A stretch of 64,000 nt of DNA from Antedon mediterranea (Eukaryota; Animalia; Echinodermata): contig NC_092671.1 in the NCBI RefSeq assembly GCF_964355755.1, positions 39,194,304 through 39,258,303 on the forward strand, written 5' to 3'. Position 1 is the stretch's first letter. Every line of letters begins with the position of its first letter. Below the pieces are notes generated by a model. It was not told the origin of the DNA. It ran no database searches and was given only the letters and a program-made list of their open reading frames with translations. A program made the position numbers and the translations under genes. Positions 13,738 to 25,188 of the stretch are shown here, piece by piece.

Positions 13738-15371
13738 TGTGTTTTTGTTGATCCTTGAAATAATAAAACCTATTTTTATTTTGCAAAAATTTGAATTAAA
13801 CAAGAAAATTAAATCTTCAAAGAATTTAATTTAGATTTTAGGCCTACCTAATTTTATTATGGATAATTAATAATAATATATGTCTGTCAACTCTCCAGTC
13901 AGTTGATAATTAATCTTAAATTTTCGCATAAACACTACCGGAAAGTAACGTTTTCCGCCCACCGACCTTCATCATAAGATTAGGCACGCTAACTAATATA
14001 GTACTACTGTAGCCTCTACTCTAGAGCCAAGATTAGGTTGGTAAGTCTCGCACCGCGAGGACGAGTAGGCCTATAGCCTAGGCCGCGCCTACGTACGCCC
14101 AGAGCTCTAATCTAGGCCTAGGCTAGGGCTAGCTAGAGAGTTAGTACTGCTGCCTAACTAGACATTTTACAACTTATACTTTGAAGTTTTTATTATATAT
14201 AATGTTACAAGATCCCTAAATAATGTGTAGGCCGCCGAAATAATAATTTAATATTGAAATAAAAATGCGAAATAAAAAGTTGTACTTTCACACAACTTAA
14301 CCATAGAAGAACACCGCCCTCAAATGCCTGCAAAAGTTTTGCCCAAACACTCTCGACTTGAAAAATACTGATTTCAGATATAAACTAATCAGTCAAATTC
14401 GGTTCAATTTATCTCGGTCAAATCATAAACATGAAACAGAAGTTAGTACAAAAAGTTGTATTGATAAATATATTATTCTTGTAATCCTGAGAATAATTCA
14501 TTTTTTTTTTTTACAAAACTATTAAAACGTGTTCGTCAGTATCACATTTACAATGTCATTGAAACTTGTTCAGCATCAAAATAAAAGAAATTACAGTTTT
14601 AATGATACATATACTACAGTTTCAGAAAGCTTATACAATCTCTTTTTGCTTTTATCTTTTATCAATCAATTAACCAGAAGATGATTGAGACCTACGTTTT
14701 CTTAATGCTTTTCATATTGTCGTACATTTCAGTTGGTGAAACAATAAAATACAAACGTATAGATCATTATACATCAAGGTATAAACATGATCGATGACAT
14801 ATATATCTCGACATAAAGGTATGCATAATCCAAAGATAATTTAGTTAAATTTATTTATTTATTTATCATACTACAAAGGCCATTTCTTTCTAAAGCCCGG
14901 CGGCGCACACTAGAGCTTCCGGCTGAGCCAACTGCCACGAGTAACACTTGCCTCATCACAGAAAATCGCGTACTGGAGGCGTTTAGTGTGCGTCCGATAG
15001 AACGCGATCACAGTTTGCGGCAAATTTTTTAGGCGATCTTGTCAAAGACCCTTTAGATTTACCTAAAAATGGTATTGAACAGAAAAATAGGGTAAAACAT
15101 TCACAATTACATCATACATAGAACAAATTTACAATTTAAAAACATTAATCAAAACATCCATCAACTGTAAAACGCTTAAAAGGTTCAAAGCTTAAAGCTT
15201 TAGGTTTTAAAAGATATCCAAGTATGTTATGTTTTAAAAAAGGTATCTCTTTTAACCATATTATAATTGTACGTACATACATGTTATAAACACAGTTTAA
15301 AATATGTAATCTTTGTATATCATAGTCAGGAATGGAATAATGAATAAAAGTGGGCTAAACCCACGAAAGAA

Positions 15372-16477
15372 AAAACAAGGCCATATAGATGGCTGCAGTC
15401 GCGTGCTCATTAGTGTTTACCGACCGACCGACCAACCTACCTACCAACTGAGCGAAATTTAGCATTCCAGGTCTTAATGAAGAGGAAACCGCTGAATCAA
15501 TTAATCAGCACTTTGAGGATGTCTGTTGCCAATTACCTGCTCTGGAACAAAACAACTTGCCTGCATATCTTCCATCCTTGCAGCCGCGATTGATAAATAT
15601 ATTTAAAATACGAGTGAACCTAAATTATACTTTGTACTGATAAAATGAATGAAGAAATGATCTATTTTTTTATGACATTGCATTTTTGCTCTATTGGATA
15701 AATTTTAATGATTAATGTACAGTATATTTATTTTTTTATGCATATTGTAAATTGTTTTGTATTTTTTATTCTGTAATGTAACTTTTTATTATATGTACTA
15801 CAATAATTTCAGACTTATTCTGCTTTTTGTAATGTTTTTATATACCGGAATAAAAAAAAATAAATAAAAAATAAAAATAAAAATTACTGAACATGTTTAA
15901 AAATGTTGAAATGTTTAAAAACATTTATATTTTTAAAATGTACACGTGCTCGTATAACGTAATTTCGAGTTGAAAAGTAAGTCAAGAAAACAGAAATCTG
16001 GCAAAAAGAATGCGCAACAACATTTAACGCGGAGCGCGTGCGCAAAAATCTGCGCACTCATGGCAATTTTGTAAACGCTTAAAATTGCCTGAAATTAATT
16101 TTGAAAATTTTAAGCGCACGTACGCATGCGTTACCTGCGCTACTCACGTAATTGTATTGCCATATGATTATTTATGCCCTGAAATTTATGAGTACAAAAT
16201 TTTATTCAATTGTGATTCATGGTTGTGAAGATATGATTACAAACGTGATTTCGTTAAATCTTGCGTAGACCACGTAATTTTTTATTGCGCACCGTGAAAA
16301 CATAACCACATTGATTCCTGGCCATAAGGAATATACTGTGAAAAATTGACCTAGCTAGATTAAACTGATAAGGTCAGAAAGCGATAAAACGCATAGTGAT
16401 ACCGGACCGACAGACCGACAGACCGACCGACCGACCGACATAGTGAACTATAGAGTCGCGTCCACGCGACTAAAAAA
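15372..16477 (+). mobile_element. Helentron-associated (HINE/DINE-1-like) non-autonomous element
   Basis: Starts aaaACAAGGCC, carries (GACC/GACA)n microsatellites near both ends and ends in the hairpin agtcgcg-tcca-cgcgact plus an A-run; the 5' part recurs at ~24193-24285. Confidence 0.55.
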
Positions 16478-16650
16478 CCTGTAAAACTTTAAAATATATA
16501 TTGCATATGCGCTATTATGATTTAACAATCTTTGAGCTAGTTAAAAATATGAGTTGAATTTGGTACAAAAGACAGACGTAGATGACATTGATTGGTCAAA
16601 TCACTTACGTTACGTTACGTCCTAAATAAATTGAACCTAGATTTAGTGAT

Positions 16651-18387
16651 CTATTTAGTTCTAAATGCTAAGTATAATTCACTGCACAGCAGGACTGAGT
16701 GGAAATGATACAATTCTGCCACTGGAAACAGAACACTTTCGATGATGTTCCAGTTACGTTCACCAAAAAACCAGACGTTTGTTGGTGAGTCCACAAGAAC
16801 AGCATGAAGAGCGATAAACGTGTCTGTAGCCAAAATAAACGCATTACAAACAGCAAGATACAAGAAACAATCACAAAGACGGTAGGATACAACCGATGAA
16901 CGCAATGACGGCACTCGGCGACGCGCGGAAACAAAGAAGCATGTCTGCATTATAATCTGAACATAGTTTACGATGGAGTACGAAAAACAGAGAGCAGAAT
17001 CAGTTACTGTGGCGTTAAAAACAGTTTTGTTATCATTATCAACAATCCTGATTTCCGGTGACGAAGAATTAAGGTGGTGCAATAATGTCGCAGATGTAAT
17101 AGTCGTAAAAGTGGTGACAAGAAATGTAGCTGTGACGGTACTGAAGAGAAGTTTTTCGCTTCCATCCAAGGCTTGTCTTCTGTCGTACCGAAAATGTGAC
17201 AAATATCGGACCCCAAACATAACAGGAATGATTAACAGTACCTGATACACCAGTCTAAACGTGTGATAAATGTAAATGACAACAACATCGGTACTCTGAA
17301 GCATAAGCATAGCAGCAGATGTGATCAAAAGCAAGGAAACGAAGACAGAAAATAGCATAGGAAATGAGCAATGTCTTTCTTGGTGATGATGATCAGTGCG
17401 GCCAGAGTCTAGTTCGTCATTATTATAATGTTCACCATTAGTCGCGGATTTATTTTCACTTGGAACGAGGCTGAACCAATGATGAAGAAATATTCCAATG
17501 GAGAGAATGTAGAACTCAATAGCAAACGGGTAGCATATGTCTTGTATGACATACACACTTTTGTCAAACGACCGGTTGCTGTTATAACATCCTACATCGT
17601 AATCTCCTGACGTGTTCTTCTTCCAACCATCACGATTTTGCCACGGTTGTGTAACAGCAAGTCGTACTAAACCGATATAGACCAAACCCTCTAGTAAAGC
17701 AATGACATTAGCACTTACGAATAGCAAGAAAGAATAACAGAACCACGGACTGCTTTTAAACTTAATGTTTTTGAAATAAACGAAAAATACAATCTGACAG
17801 CAGAAAAAAATGTTACAAACGCCTCGAAAGACAAGATATAGGGTGTCTTCTTTTACGTATTTGTTTGTGTCATATTCGTTGACAAAAAATGGAATGCATG
17901 TACCAACTTGAACCATATCAATTGAAAACATGAATAAAGTCATACCGCCAAATATGTAAATGCCAATCAAAGAAGGACTTGACTTCTGGTGACTTTTCTT
18001 AAGTGATTCATGAAGAATGTCTGATGCATCGTGTTGATCATTGATGCAGTTCACACCTTCTGTATTCAATGGCACGATATACGACATCTCAATCCATCTT
18101 TGTTTTGATTTCAGGAATTGTAACAGGATTATAATAACAAATATTACAAACATAATCGTGAAGATTAATCTTACAGTCCAAAAGGAACGAGGTGACATTA
18201 TGCTTGTAAAAATCACAACTGATGCAAATGAAGCGAACCAAATGGAAAGGAGAAGAGATGCATAAAATCCGTCCTCTTTATCATCTTTTCCTCTTCGTCC
18301 GGTTCGAAGTAATTGGACCAGTACTTGCCCGAAAGAAATACTTTTGTGATTTTGTAAGTTCATCATCAGTGGAGAGTTGCCAGACAT
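16651..18387 (-). CDS. Otopetrin-like proton channel, copy 1 (578 aa, intronless CDS)
   Basis: About 12 hydrophobic helices; otopetrin-like motifs YPFAIEFYI, VQIIMQT, YLAVCN, WFFGERNW and FPVAELYHFHS (compare the family's P-x-x-I-F-Y-R-x-H-S). Confidence 0.85.
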   Translation of the reverse strand: MSGNSPLMMNLQNHKSISFGQVLVQLLRTGRRGKDDKEDGFYASLLLSIWFASFASVVIFTSIMSPRSFWTVRLIFTIMFVIFVIIILLQFLKSKQRWIEMSYIVPLNTEGVNCINDQHDASDILHESLKKSHQKSSPSLIGIYIFGGMTLFMFSIDMVQVGTCIPFFVNEYDTNKYVKEDTLYLVFRGVCNIFFCCQIVFFVYFKNIKFKSSPWFCYSFLLFVSANVIALLEGLVYIGLVRLAVTQPWQNRDGWKKNTSGDYDVGCYNSNRSFDKSVYVIQDICYPFAIEFYILSIGIFLHHWFSLVPSENKSATNGEHYNNDELDSGRTDHHHQERHCSFPMLFSVFVSLLLITSAAMLMLQSTDVVVIYIYHTFRLVYQVLLIIPVMFGVRYLSHFRYDRRQALDGSEKLLFSTVTATFLVTTFTTITSATLLHHLNSSSPEIRIVDNDNKTVFNATVTDSALCFSYSIVNYVQIIMQTCFFVSARRRVPSLRSSVVSYRLCDCFLYLAVCNAFILATDTFIALHAVLVDSPTNVWFFGERNWNIIESVLFPVAELYHFHSVLLCSELYLAFRTK

Positions 18388-19711
18388 GTTGTAGATAGTT
18401 TTTAACTAATCTTTAAATCTTTAGATTGTGATACAATATTCCTCTGTCTGATTAGTTAGGATAGTGACATATTTAGCTCAGTCTGAGTTATATTATGTTT
18501 ATTATTTATAATCGAAAGCAATAACATAATTATATAGCTTTCGTTTTCACAAATTAAATGATAATTTAAATAAATAATTAGGCCTTTAATAATATAATAA
18601 TTCATAATAAAGTTTCATAAACAACATAATTATTCGCTTCAAAGTGAGTTAGCATTTTTGTTTCTTCTTTCACTTATCCTTTGATACTTCTTCAAGGTTA
18701 AAGGTCACACACAAGTGGAGTTTGATAATTTGTGACATGCGCGGGAAGAAGACGAAGAATGTTTGTCATAAATGATAAAACCAAGAAAGAATATGCAAGT
18801 TAATTTTATTATTAATAGTCTAAAATGTTTTTATATTAATTTGTCATGAAGATCAATAAAACACAATCGGCATAGTTGAAAGGATCTGCAGGAAATACTC
18901 CACTAATTTAGAAACTAAAAACAAGCCACCTGCGGGGAGCTGTGGTTTCTATGCAAATTAGAGACATTTCTTTAAAAATAAATGATAAAGTTGTACGAAG
19001 CAATTCAAAATATTATTATCCTCGTGATCTTGACAAATAGTTCATTTTCTTTTTTGGAAAAACTATTAAAACGTATGTACACTTTACACGCCATTTCCAG
19101 GAGTAATTGAAACTTGAATTTATCATTCGAAACTCATTCATCATCAAATTAAACGAAATTACAGATTTAATCACAAACTTACTGCAGTTTCAGATATCTA
19201 ATAATTGAATCTACTTTTGCAAGAATCTTTTATTCGAATCTTTTATTCGAATCAACCAGGCGCGCAAGATAATTAGCATAATAATAACTTCTCTTGTATA
19301 ACATTAATATTATTTAACATATTTTCGTATGTTATGACCGTAAATATGAACTCTCTCTACTAAATCCTTTATTTGACATGGTGAATATTTATTATTCAAT
19401 AAATAATTTATTTATAATCATAGTTTCCGCTACATATATATATATACATTTCGCAAGCTTGTCCACCTACACGGAATAAGAAGTAAATTTCTTCATGTTG
19501 GGAAATTTAAAATTAAAAATTAAAATAAAGATTATCTTTGAGTGCACATGCATGATACATATCAGAAGTTACTTAACGCTACCTTATCTACTTATAACAA
19601 CTTAAGTGTATTAATGTGAAAGAATTGTACTTCTATAGAGTTGAAAATTATCATTTCTTTACAAACGCAGGCATAGCAATACTTATCCATAACACATTTG
19701 GTAGAAGTGAT

Positions 19712-21448
19712 CTATTTAGTTCTAAACGCTAAGTATAATTCACTGCACAGCAGGACTGAGTGGAAATGATACAATTCTGCAACTGGAAACAGAATACTTT
19801 CGATGATGTTCCAGTTAAGTTCACCAAAAAACCAGACGTTTGTTGGTGAGTCCACAAGAACAGCATGAAGAGCGATAAACGTATCTGTAGCCAAAATAAA
19901 CGCGTTACAAACAGCAAGATACAAGAAACAATCACAAAGACGGTAGGATACACCCGATGAACGCAATGACGGCACTCGGCGACGCGCGGAAACAAAGAAG
20001 CATGTCTGCATTATAATCTGAACATAGTTTACGATGGAGTACGAAAAACAGAGAGCAGAATCAGTTACTGTGGCGTTAAAAACAGTTTTGTTATCATTAT
20101 CAACAATCTTGATTTCCGGTGAGGTAGAATTAAATTTGTGCAATAATGTCGCAGATGTAATAGTCGTAAAAGTGGTGACAAGAAATGTAGCTGTGACGGT
20201 ACTGAAGAGAAGTTTCTCGCTTCCATCCAAGGCTTGTTTTCTGTCGTACCGAAAATGTGACAAATATCGGACCCCAAACATAACAGGAATGATTAACAGT
20301 ACCTGATACACCAGTCTAAACGTGTGATAAATGTAAATGACAGCAACCTCGGTACTCTGAAGCAGAAGCATAGCAGCAGATGTGATCAAAAGCAAGGAAA
20401 CGAAGACAGAAAATAGCATAGGAAATGAGCAATGTCTTTCTTGGTGATGATGATCAGTGCGGCCAGAGTCTAGTTCGTCATTATAATAATGTTCACCATT
20501 AGTCGTGGATTTACTTTCACTTGGAACGAGGCTGAACCAATGATGAAGAAATATTCCAATCGACAGAATGTAGAACTCAATAGCAAACGGGTAGCATATG
20601 TCTTGTATGACATACACACTTTCGTCAAACGACCGGTTGCTGTGATAGCATCCTTCATCGTAATCTCCTGATGTGTTCTTCTTCCAACCCTCACGATTTT
20701 GCCATGGTCGTGTAACAGCAAGTCGAACAGCACCAATATAGACCAAACCCTCTAGTAAAGCAATAAAATTAACACTTACGAATAGCAAGAAAGAATAACA
20801 GAACCACGGACTGCTTGTAAACTTAGTGTTTTTGAAATAAACGAAAAATACAATCTGACTGCAGAAAAAAATGTTATAAACGCCACGAAGGAGAAGGTAC
20901 AAGATGTCGTCAGTTACGTATGTTCTTGTGTTAAATTCGTAGAAAAAAAATGGAATGCATGTTCCAACTTCAACCATATCAATCGTAAACATGAATAGAG
21001 TAATACTGCCAAATATGTAAATGCCAATCAAAGAGAGACTCGACTTCTGGTTCTTCGTTTCAGATGACCCATTCATTTCTGAAGCATCTTCGCGTTGATT
21101 GTTGGAGCTGTTACTTTGTGGACAATCCGATATAGTGAAAGGCACGGTCTCAATCCATCTTCGTTTTGATTTCAGAAACTTTAACAAGACCATAATAACA
21201 AATATTATATAAATTATCGTGAAGATTAACCGAATAGAATAAGATAGATGATGATGTTTCGTCATGCTTGTAAAAATCACGACAGCTGCAAAAGAAGACA
21301 ACCAAATGAAAAAAAGAAGCGATGCATAAAATCCGTCTTCTTTATCATCTTTGCCTCTTCGTCCGGTTCGAAGTAATTGGACCAGAACTTGCCCGAAAGA
21401 AATACTTTTCGAATTTTTGGAGCTAACAATCAAAGGAGAATCAGACAT
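19712..21448 (-). CDS. Otopetrin-like proton channel, copy 2 (578 aa, intronless CDS)
   Basis: Tandem paralogue of 16651-18387 with the same motifs. Confidence 0.85.
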   Translation of the reverse strand: MSDSPLIVSSKNSKSISFGQVLVQLLRTGRRGKDDKEDGFYASLLFFIWLSSFAAVVIFTSMTKHHHLSYSIRLIFTIIYIIFVIMVLLKFLKSKRRWIETVPFTISDCPQSNSSNNQREDASEMNGSSETKNQKSSLSLIGIYIFGSITLFMFTIDMVEVGTCIPFFFYEFNTRTYVTDDILYLLLRGVYNIFFCSQIVFFVYFKNTKFTSSPWFCYSFLLFVSVNFIALLEGLVYIGAVRLAVTRPWQNREGWKKNTSGDYDEGCYHSNRSFDESVYVIQDICYPFAIEFYILSIGIFLHHWFSLVPSESKSTTNGEHYYNDELDSGRTDHHHQERHCSFPMLFSVFVSLLLITSAAMLLLQSTEVAVIYIYHTFRLVYQVLLIIPVMFGVRYLSHFRYDRKQALDGSEKLLFSTVTATFLVTTFTTITSATLLHKFNSTSPEIKIVDNDNKTVFNATVTDSALCFSYSIVNYVQIIMQTCFFVSARRRVPSLRSSGVSYRLCDCFLYLAVCNAFILATDTFIALHAVLVDSPTNVWFFGELNWNIIESILFPVAELYHFHSVLLCSELYLAFRTK

Positions 21449-21682
21449 AGTTATAGTTACAGGCAGAACAATCTTAAACTTACTCCTTTATTTGATTTAC
21501 TATATGCTATTGTGTGAGTCACGAAGAAAGTGGTATCATTAGTTAGATCGTCTTAAGTTATGTATTAATAATTTAATAATCGAAAGTAAATAAAAATAGA
21601 TTGTTTGTCTGCTTTCACAACTTAATAACTTATAATTTCGATTCGATAATTTATTTTAAAAAAAGTTGTTAACGTCCCTTAA

Positions 21683-22243
21683 AGGCTAGGTACGGGCAAA
21701 AAATTTCTATTGATCATACATTGCAATAATTGTCGATCTATAGTTTCCCCTATGTTTCATAATTTTTGGAATTTTATTTATGTTACACGTCACAAGCTTG
21801 TTGAAAATAAGCACTTTTTTTATCAGTGGGGGGATAGTTATTACACAGTAAAATCTTTATTCTTTTGTACACAAATTTTGTAAATAGAGAGGAATTTTAA
21901 AAAGCTATAAAAAATAAACGGTGTGGTAAAAAATGTTATCAGATGACTAAACTTGAATATTACATTTCTGATATCTTTATTCAACTTTAGATTTTAATTT
22001 TCATGCTATAGCAAAAATTATCCACCGTATATCCACCATCTTTTTTCACCTTCTAGGGAGTCACCAGACATGTTATTACATTAGGTTAACTACCTAACTA
22101 CTGAAAAAAAGTCTTCTTGGTTTTTATAGAAGAATTTTGCCAAATTTTGTATTTGACCATATTAAGGGAAATTCATATACAAATATTTTATTTATGTACA
22201 ATTAACCAAATATTATATTTAAATTCATGCCTGTACCTGAGCT
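21683..22243. mobile_element. TTAA-flanked non-autonomous DNA transposon (Kolobok-like)
   Basis: ttaa|aggctaggtacgggca ... tgcctgtacctgagct|ttaa; a left-truncated duplicate lies at ~35379-35795. Confidence 0.6.
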
Positions 22244-22739
22244 TTAAATAAAGTGTTTATAAAAAAAGAAAAAAAAGTGTTGTTTAATCAGTGTTTTCAT
22301 AGTAGACGTGACCCAAAAAGATAACAAACTTATAATATATATGCTTTGGTCATACTATAGGCTTTTTATATGGAGAATTGAAATTATTAGATTATTTTGA
22401 AAGTTGAATATCGTCAACAACTTTAGGTTACTAATCAACCTTATATAATAACATCTTTTGCCAAGTTTGATAACCTGCTATCAACAACACTGTCCACTAG
22501 AGGCTGTGATTGGTCAATACTCGCAGTAGTAACCTGGTAGGCGCGGCGCGCTGAACATCCGGTGATTCGGACCGAAGAAGACGAATTAATATTTATTCGG
22601 CCTAACTGTGTAAATAACTTATCATTGCGAACCAAGAGAACACCTTTGAAAACCATACCCAGTTAAACATTACTTTTTCAGATATAGGCCTACATGCAGC
22701 AACATCGTAATAGAGGAGACTAAACAATAGGCCTATTAT

Positions 22740-23740
22740 TCAAATTGCTTTAGGATTTGAATTGAAATCTAGTTGACATCTAAAAACAACATTTTCCTGT
22801 TTCTTTGCCTCAAAATTAAGAAGATGATCCTGTTTTAAATCTTGCCACATTGTATAATGTAATTCATCTCCTTTCAATGTTTCGCCAAAGAATTGAGCAA
22901 TATAACCTCGTAACTGACCCTTTAGAATATCTGGTGTAACATATGTGAGTTTTTTATCAGTGCTGCTCCTAAAATATGATTGAGCAACGTCGATACAAAA
23001 CTTGATATATGATGATTCATTCGTGTGCTTTTCACTATCCACATCTTCATTGCCAACGATTACTTTGTTGTTGTAGATCTCATCTGAAAATCCTGGAGTT
23101 CCAGAAAGAGCAGTGAAATGAGGTTTTTGCGCATGTGCAGCATATGAATATCTATCTGTCAACACCTTTGGTATTGGGCACGGTCGTCTGCTTTCAACAT
23201 TAACACATATAATTTGTGTATTAGATGTACTAATACACTTTTGCTGTTTTTCCAATATCAGCTCACTACGGCAAACAATCGAAGATGTCCCAATATACGT
23301 AATGCTATACGTACCGTGTATAGGTTCTGATATCATATCGCTGGTGATATTATCGTCGACAAATCCTTGTTGATAACGCACAAAGTAGGATTCTTTCTTC
23401 CTTGACAAATAGAACTTTCTATTTGAATTTTTGAGAACTTCTTCGTGAAGTTTTGCATGTCTTGACGGACGGACATAACCTGCAATACGAAATTATAAAT
23501 ATAATTTGTATATTCGGAAAGTATTTAAAGTAGAACTACTTCCCTTAATCCATTTGATCATGAGATAGGATTCCAGAATTAGACACCGACAAAGAACAAC
23601 AACTAAACGTTCCTACCTGCTTCATTGAAGTCCTCCTTTCTCAGGTTTTTACCGCCAATATCAACTCTAGTGTTGTTTGTCGATGCCATTCTTGTTAACA
23701 TATCTAAGCCAACTCGTTTCAGCTGTACCCTTTGGAGCAT
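22740..23740 (-). CDS. Thioesterase-like paralogue TE3 (287 aa); exons 23740-23617 and 23479-22740
   Basis: MLQRVQLKRVGLDMLTRMASTNNTRVDIGGKNLRKEDFNEA-G|YVRPSRH...; motif DVDSEKHTNESSY; ends -PKAI. Confidence 0.85.
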
Positions 23741-23967
23741 TGCTGTTATTGTAAGAATTTTGGATGATGAAAGATGAAGTTCAGTGTTGGTTCAAAGAGT
23801 TTCGTCTATAAACTTGGAAGTATAGATCGTTTGTTTGTTTTGCTTTATTTTCAAACTATGTGTGTTGTTTGAAAACTACAATCAAATAAAATACAAAAAG
23901 ACACTTTCACTAGATTAGTTCGTATAAATGAGTAAATGTGATTCGCCTTCCAATATGGTCACCGTCC

Positions 23968-24021
23968 GGCAAGCAGTATTGTCTGGCAAGCAGTGGCGTC
24001 TGGCAAGCAGTGGCGTCTGGC
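23968..24021. repeat. Tandem repeat, 18 bp x3
   Basis: ggcaagcagtggcgtct units. Confidence 0.8.
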
Positions 24022-24192
24022 CTACGTGTATAATCTGCTCATTATTGTCACCATTATGATAAATCTCAGTCCTCTAAACAGATATTACCTAAATAGGCTA
24101 AACAACAAATTATAGTACTGTACTATAAATCATAAACATCTTATCTTTAGTTTAAATAGTTTATTTTATTAACTATGTGCAGGTCTTCATTA

Positions 24193-24870
24193 AACTAGGC
24201 CATTTTTTTCACATGGCTGCAGTCGCGTGCGCAAATCTGGGTTAGTGTTTACCGACCAACCGACCGACATAGTGAGCTGTAGAGACTAAACAGAACTGAT
24301 ATTAAGGAGTCCTCTGTCAATTGAAATACATGAAACAGTGAGAAAACTAACAATATATAAAGCGTTCCAATGCTTAGCAAAACGTATATGATAAAATCAT
24401 TATTTAAAATAGCATCTCTGAATTTAAGTAAGTCAATGGAACTACAACTTCGGAGATTTGATTTATGAGGAAAACCAATAAGTGGGAGTATAAAATGTTT
24501 TGTAAATAAGAAGTGCAGTTTTGGAATGAATGGCCTCGTCCGCAAGAAGAAAAAGTCGTCAGTAAGTTTAGAGCAAAGCTTACTAATATGTGTATGATAG
24601 GTATAGCTTATTTTCGCTATAGGAACTCCAAATTGTGCATGCGTGGTGACTTGTTTGAAAACTACAATCAAATAAAATATAAAATAAATTATTACTAAAT
24701 TAATTAAAAACCAGAAAATTGTCTATTCTCAAGAACATCCTCTACAATCACAATCTATCCAAAATATTAGTAAGTTCACTCAGACTGAGAGAAACAAACT
24801 CACAAAAATACATCGTGTACTGACCTATGAATACCAGACCAAATTACTAGATTGAAAAATCTAGTAAGAA
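24193..24870 (+). mobile_element. Composite Helentron-like remnants
   Basis: 5' part matches ~15375-15435 (atggctgcagtcgcgtgc...ttagtgtttaccgacc); hairpin ttactagatt-gaaa-aatctagtaa at ~24844-24867. Confidence 0.4.
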
Positions 24871-25188
24871 GTTATAACATCACGTCTCTTAATCTTCTTC
24901 GCATAATCAGTAAAGTTATGACAAAGTGATTCGTCTTTTTATTATTATCACAAATATGGTCGCCGTATTTTACTTATTGGTATTTATTCAAATTCAACAT
25001 ATTAAACTAAAAAATAGCAGCAAAAATGCCGAATTGAGATCTAATTTACATGAGGTAAAAACATCAAAAGGTAAAAAATAAATAAACAAAAGACATATAT
25101 ATCTGGTCTGATGAGGTTTACTATAGGAGGATATAATAGTTCACATACAACACAATTATAGAAATATAATTCAAATTGTTTCAGGATT

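Noticed and set aside
16668-20736. Alternate-frame and antisense ORFs shared by both otopetrins
   Set aside because: Shadows of the near-identical main CDS
22441-22656. 71-aa ORF repeated at 35995-36210
   Set aside because: Conservation is explained by the recent segmental duplication; no recognisable domain or splice support
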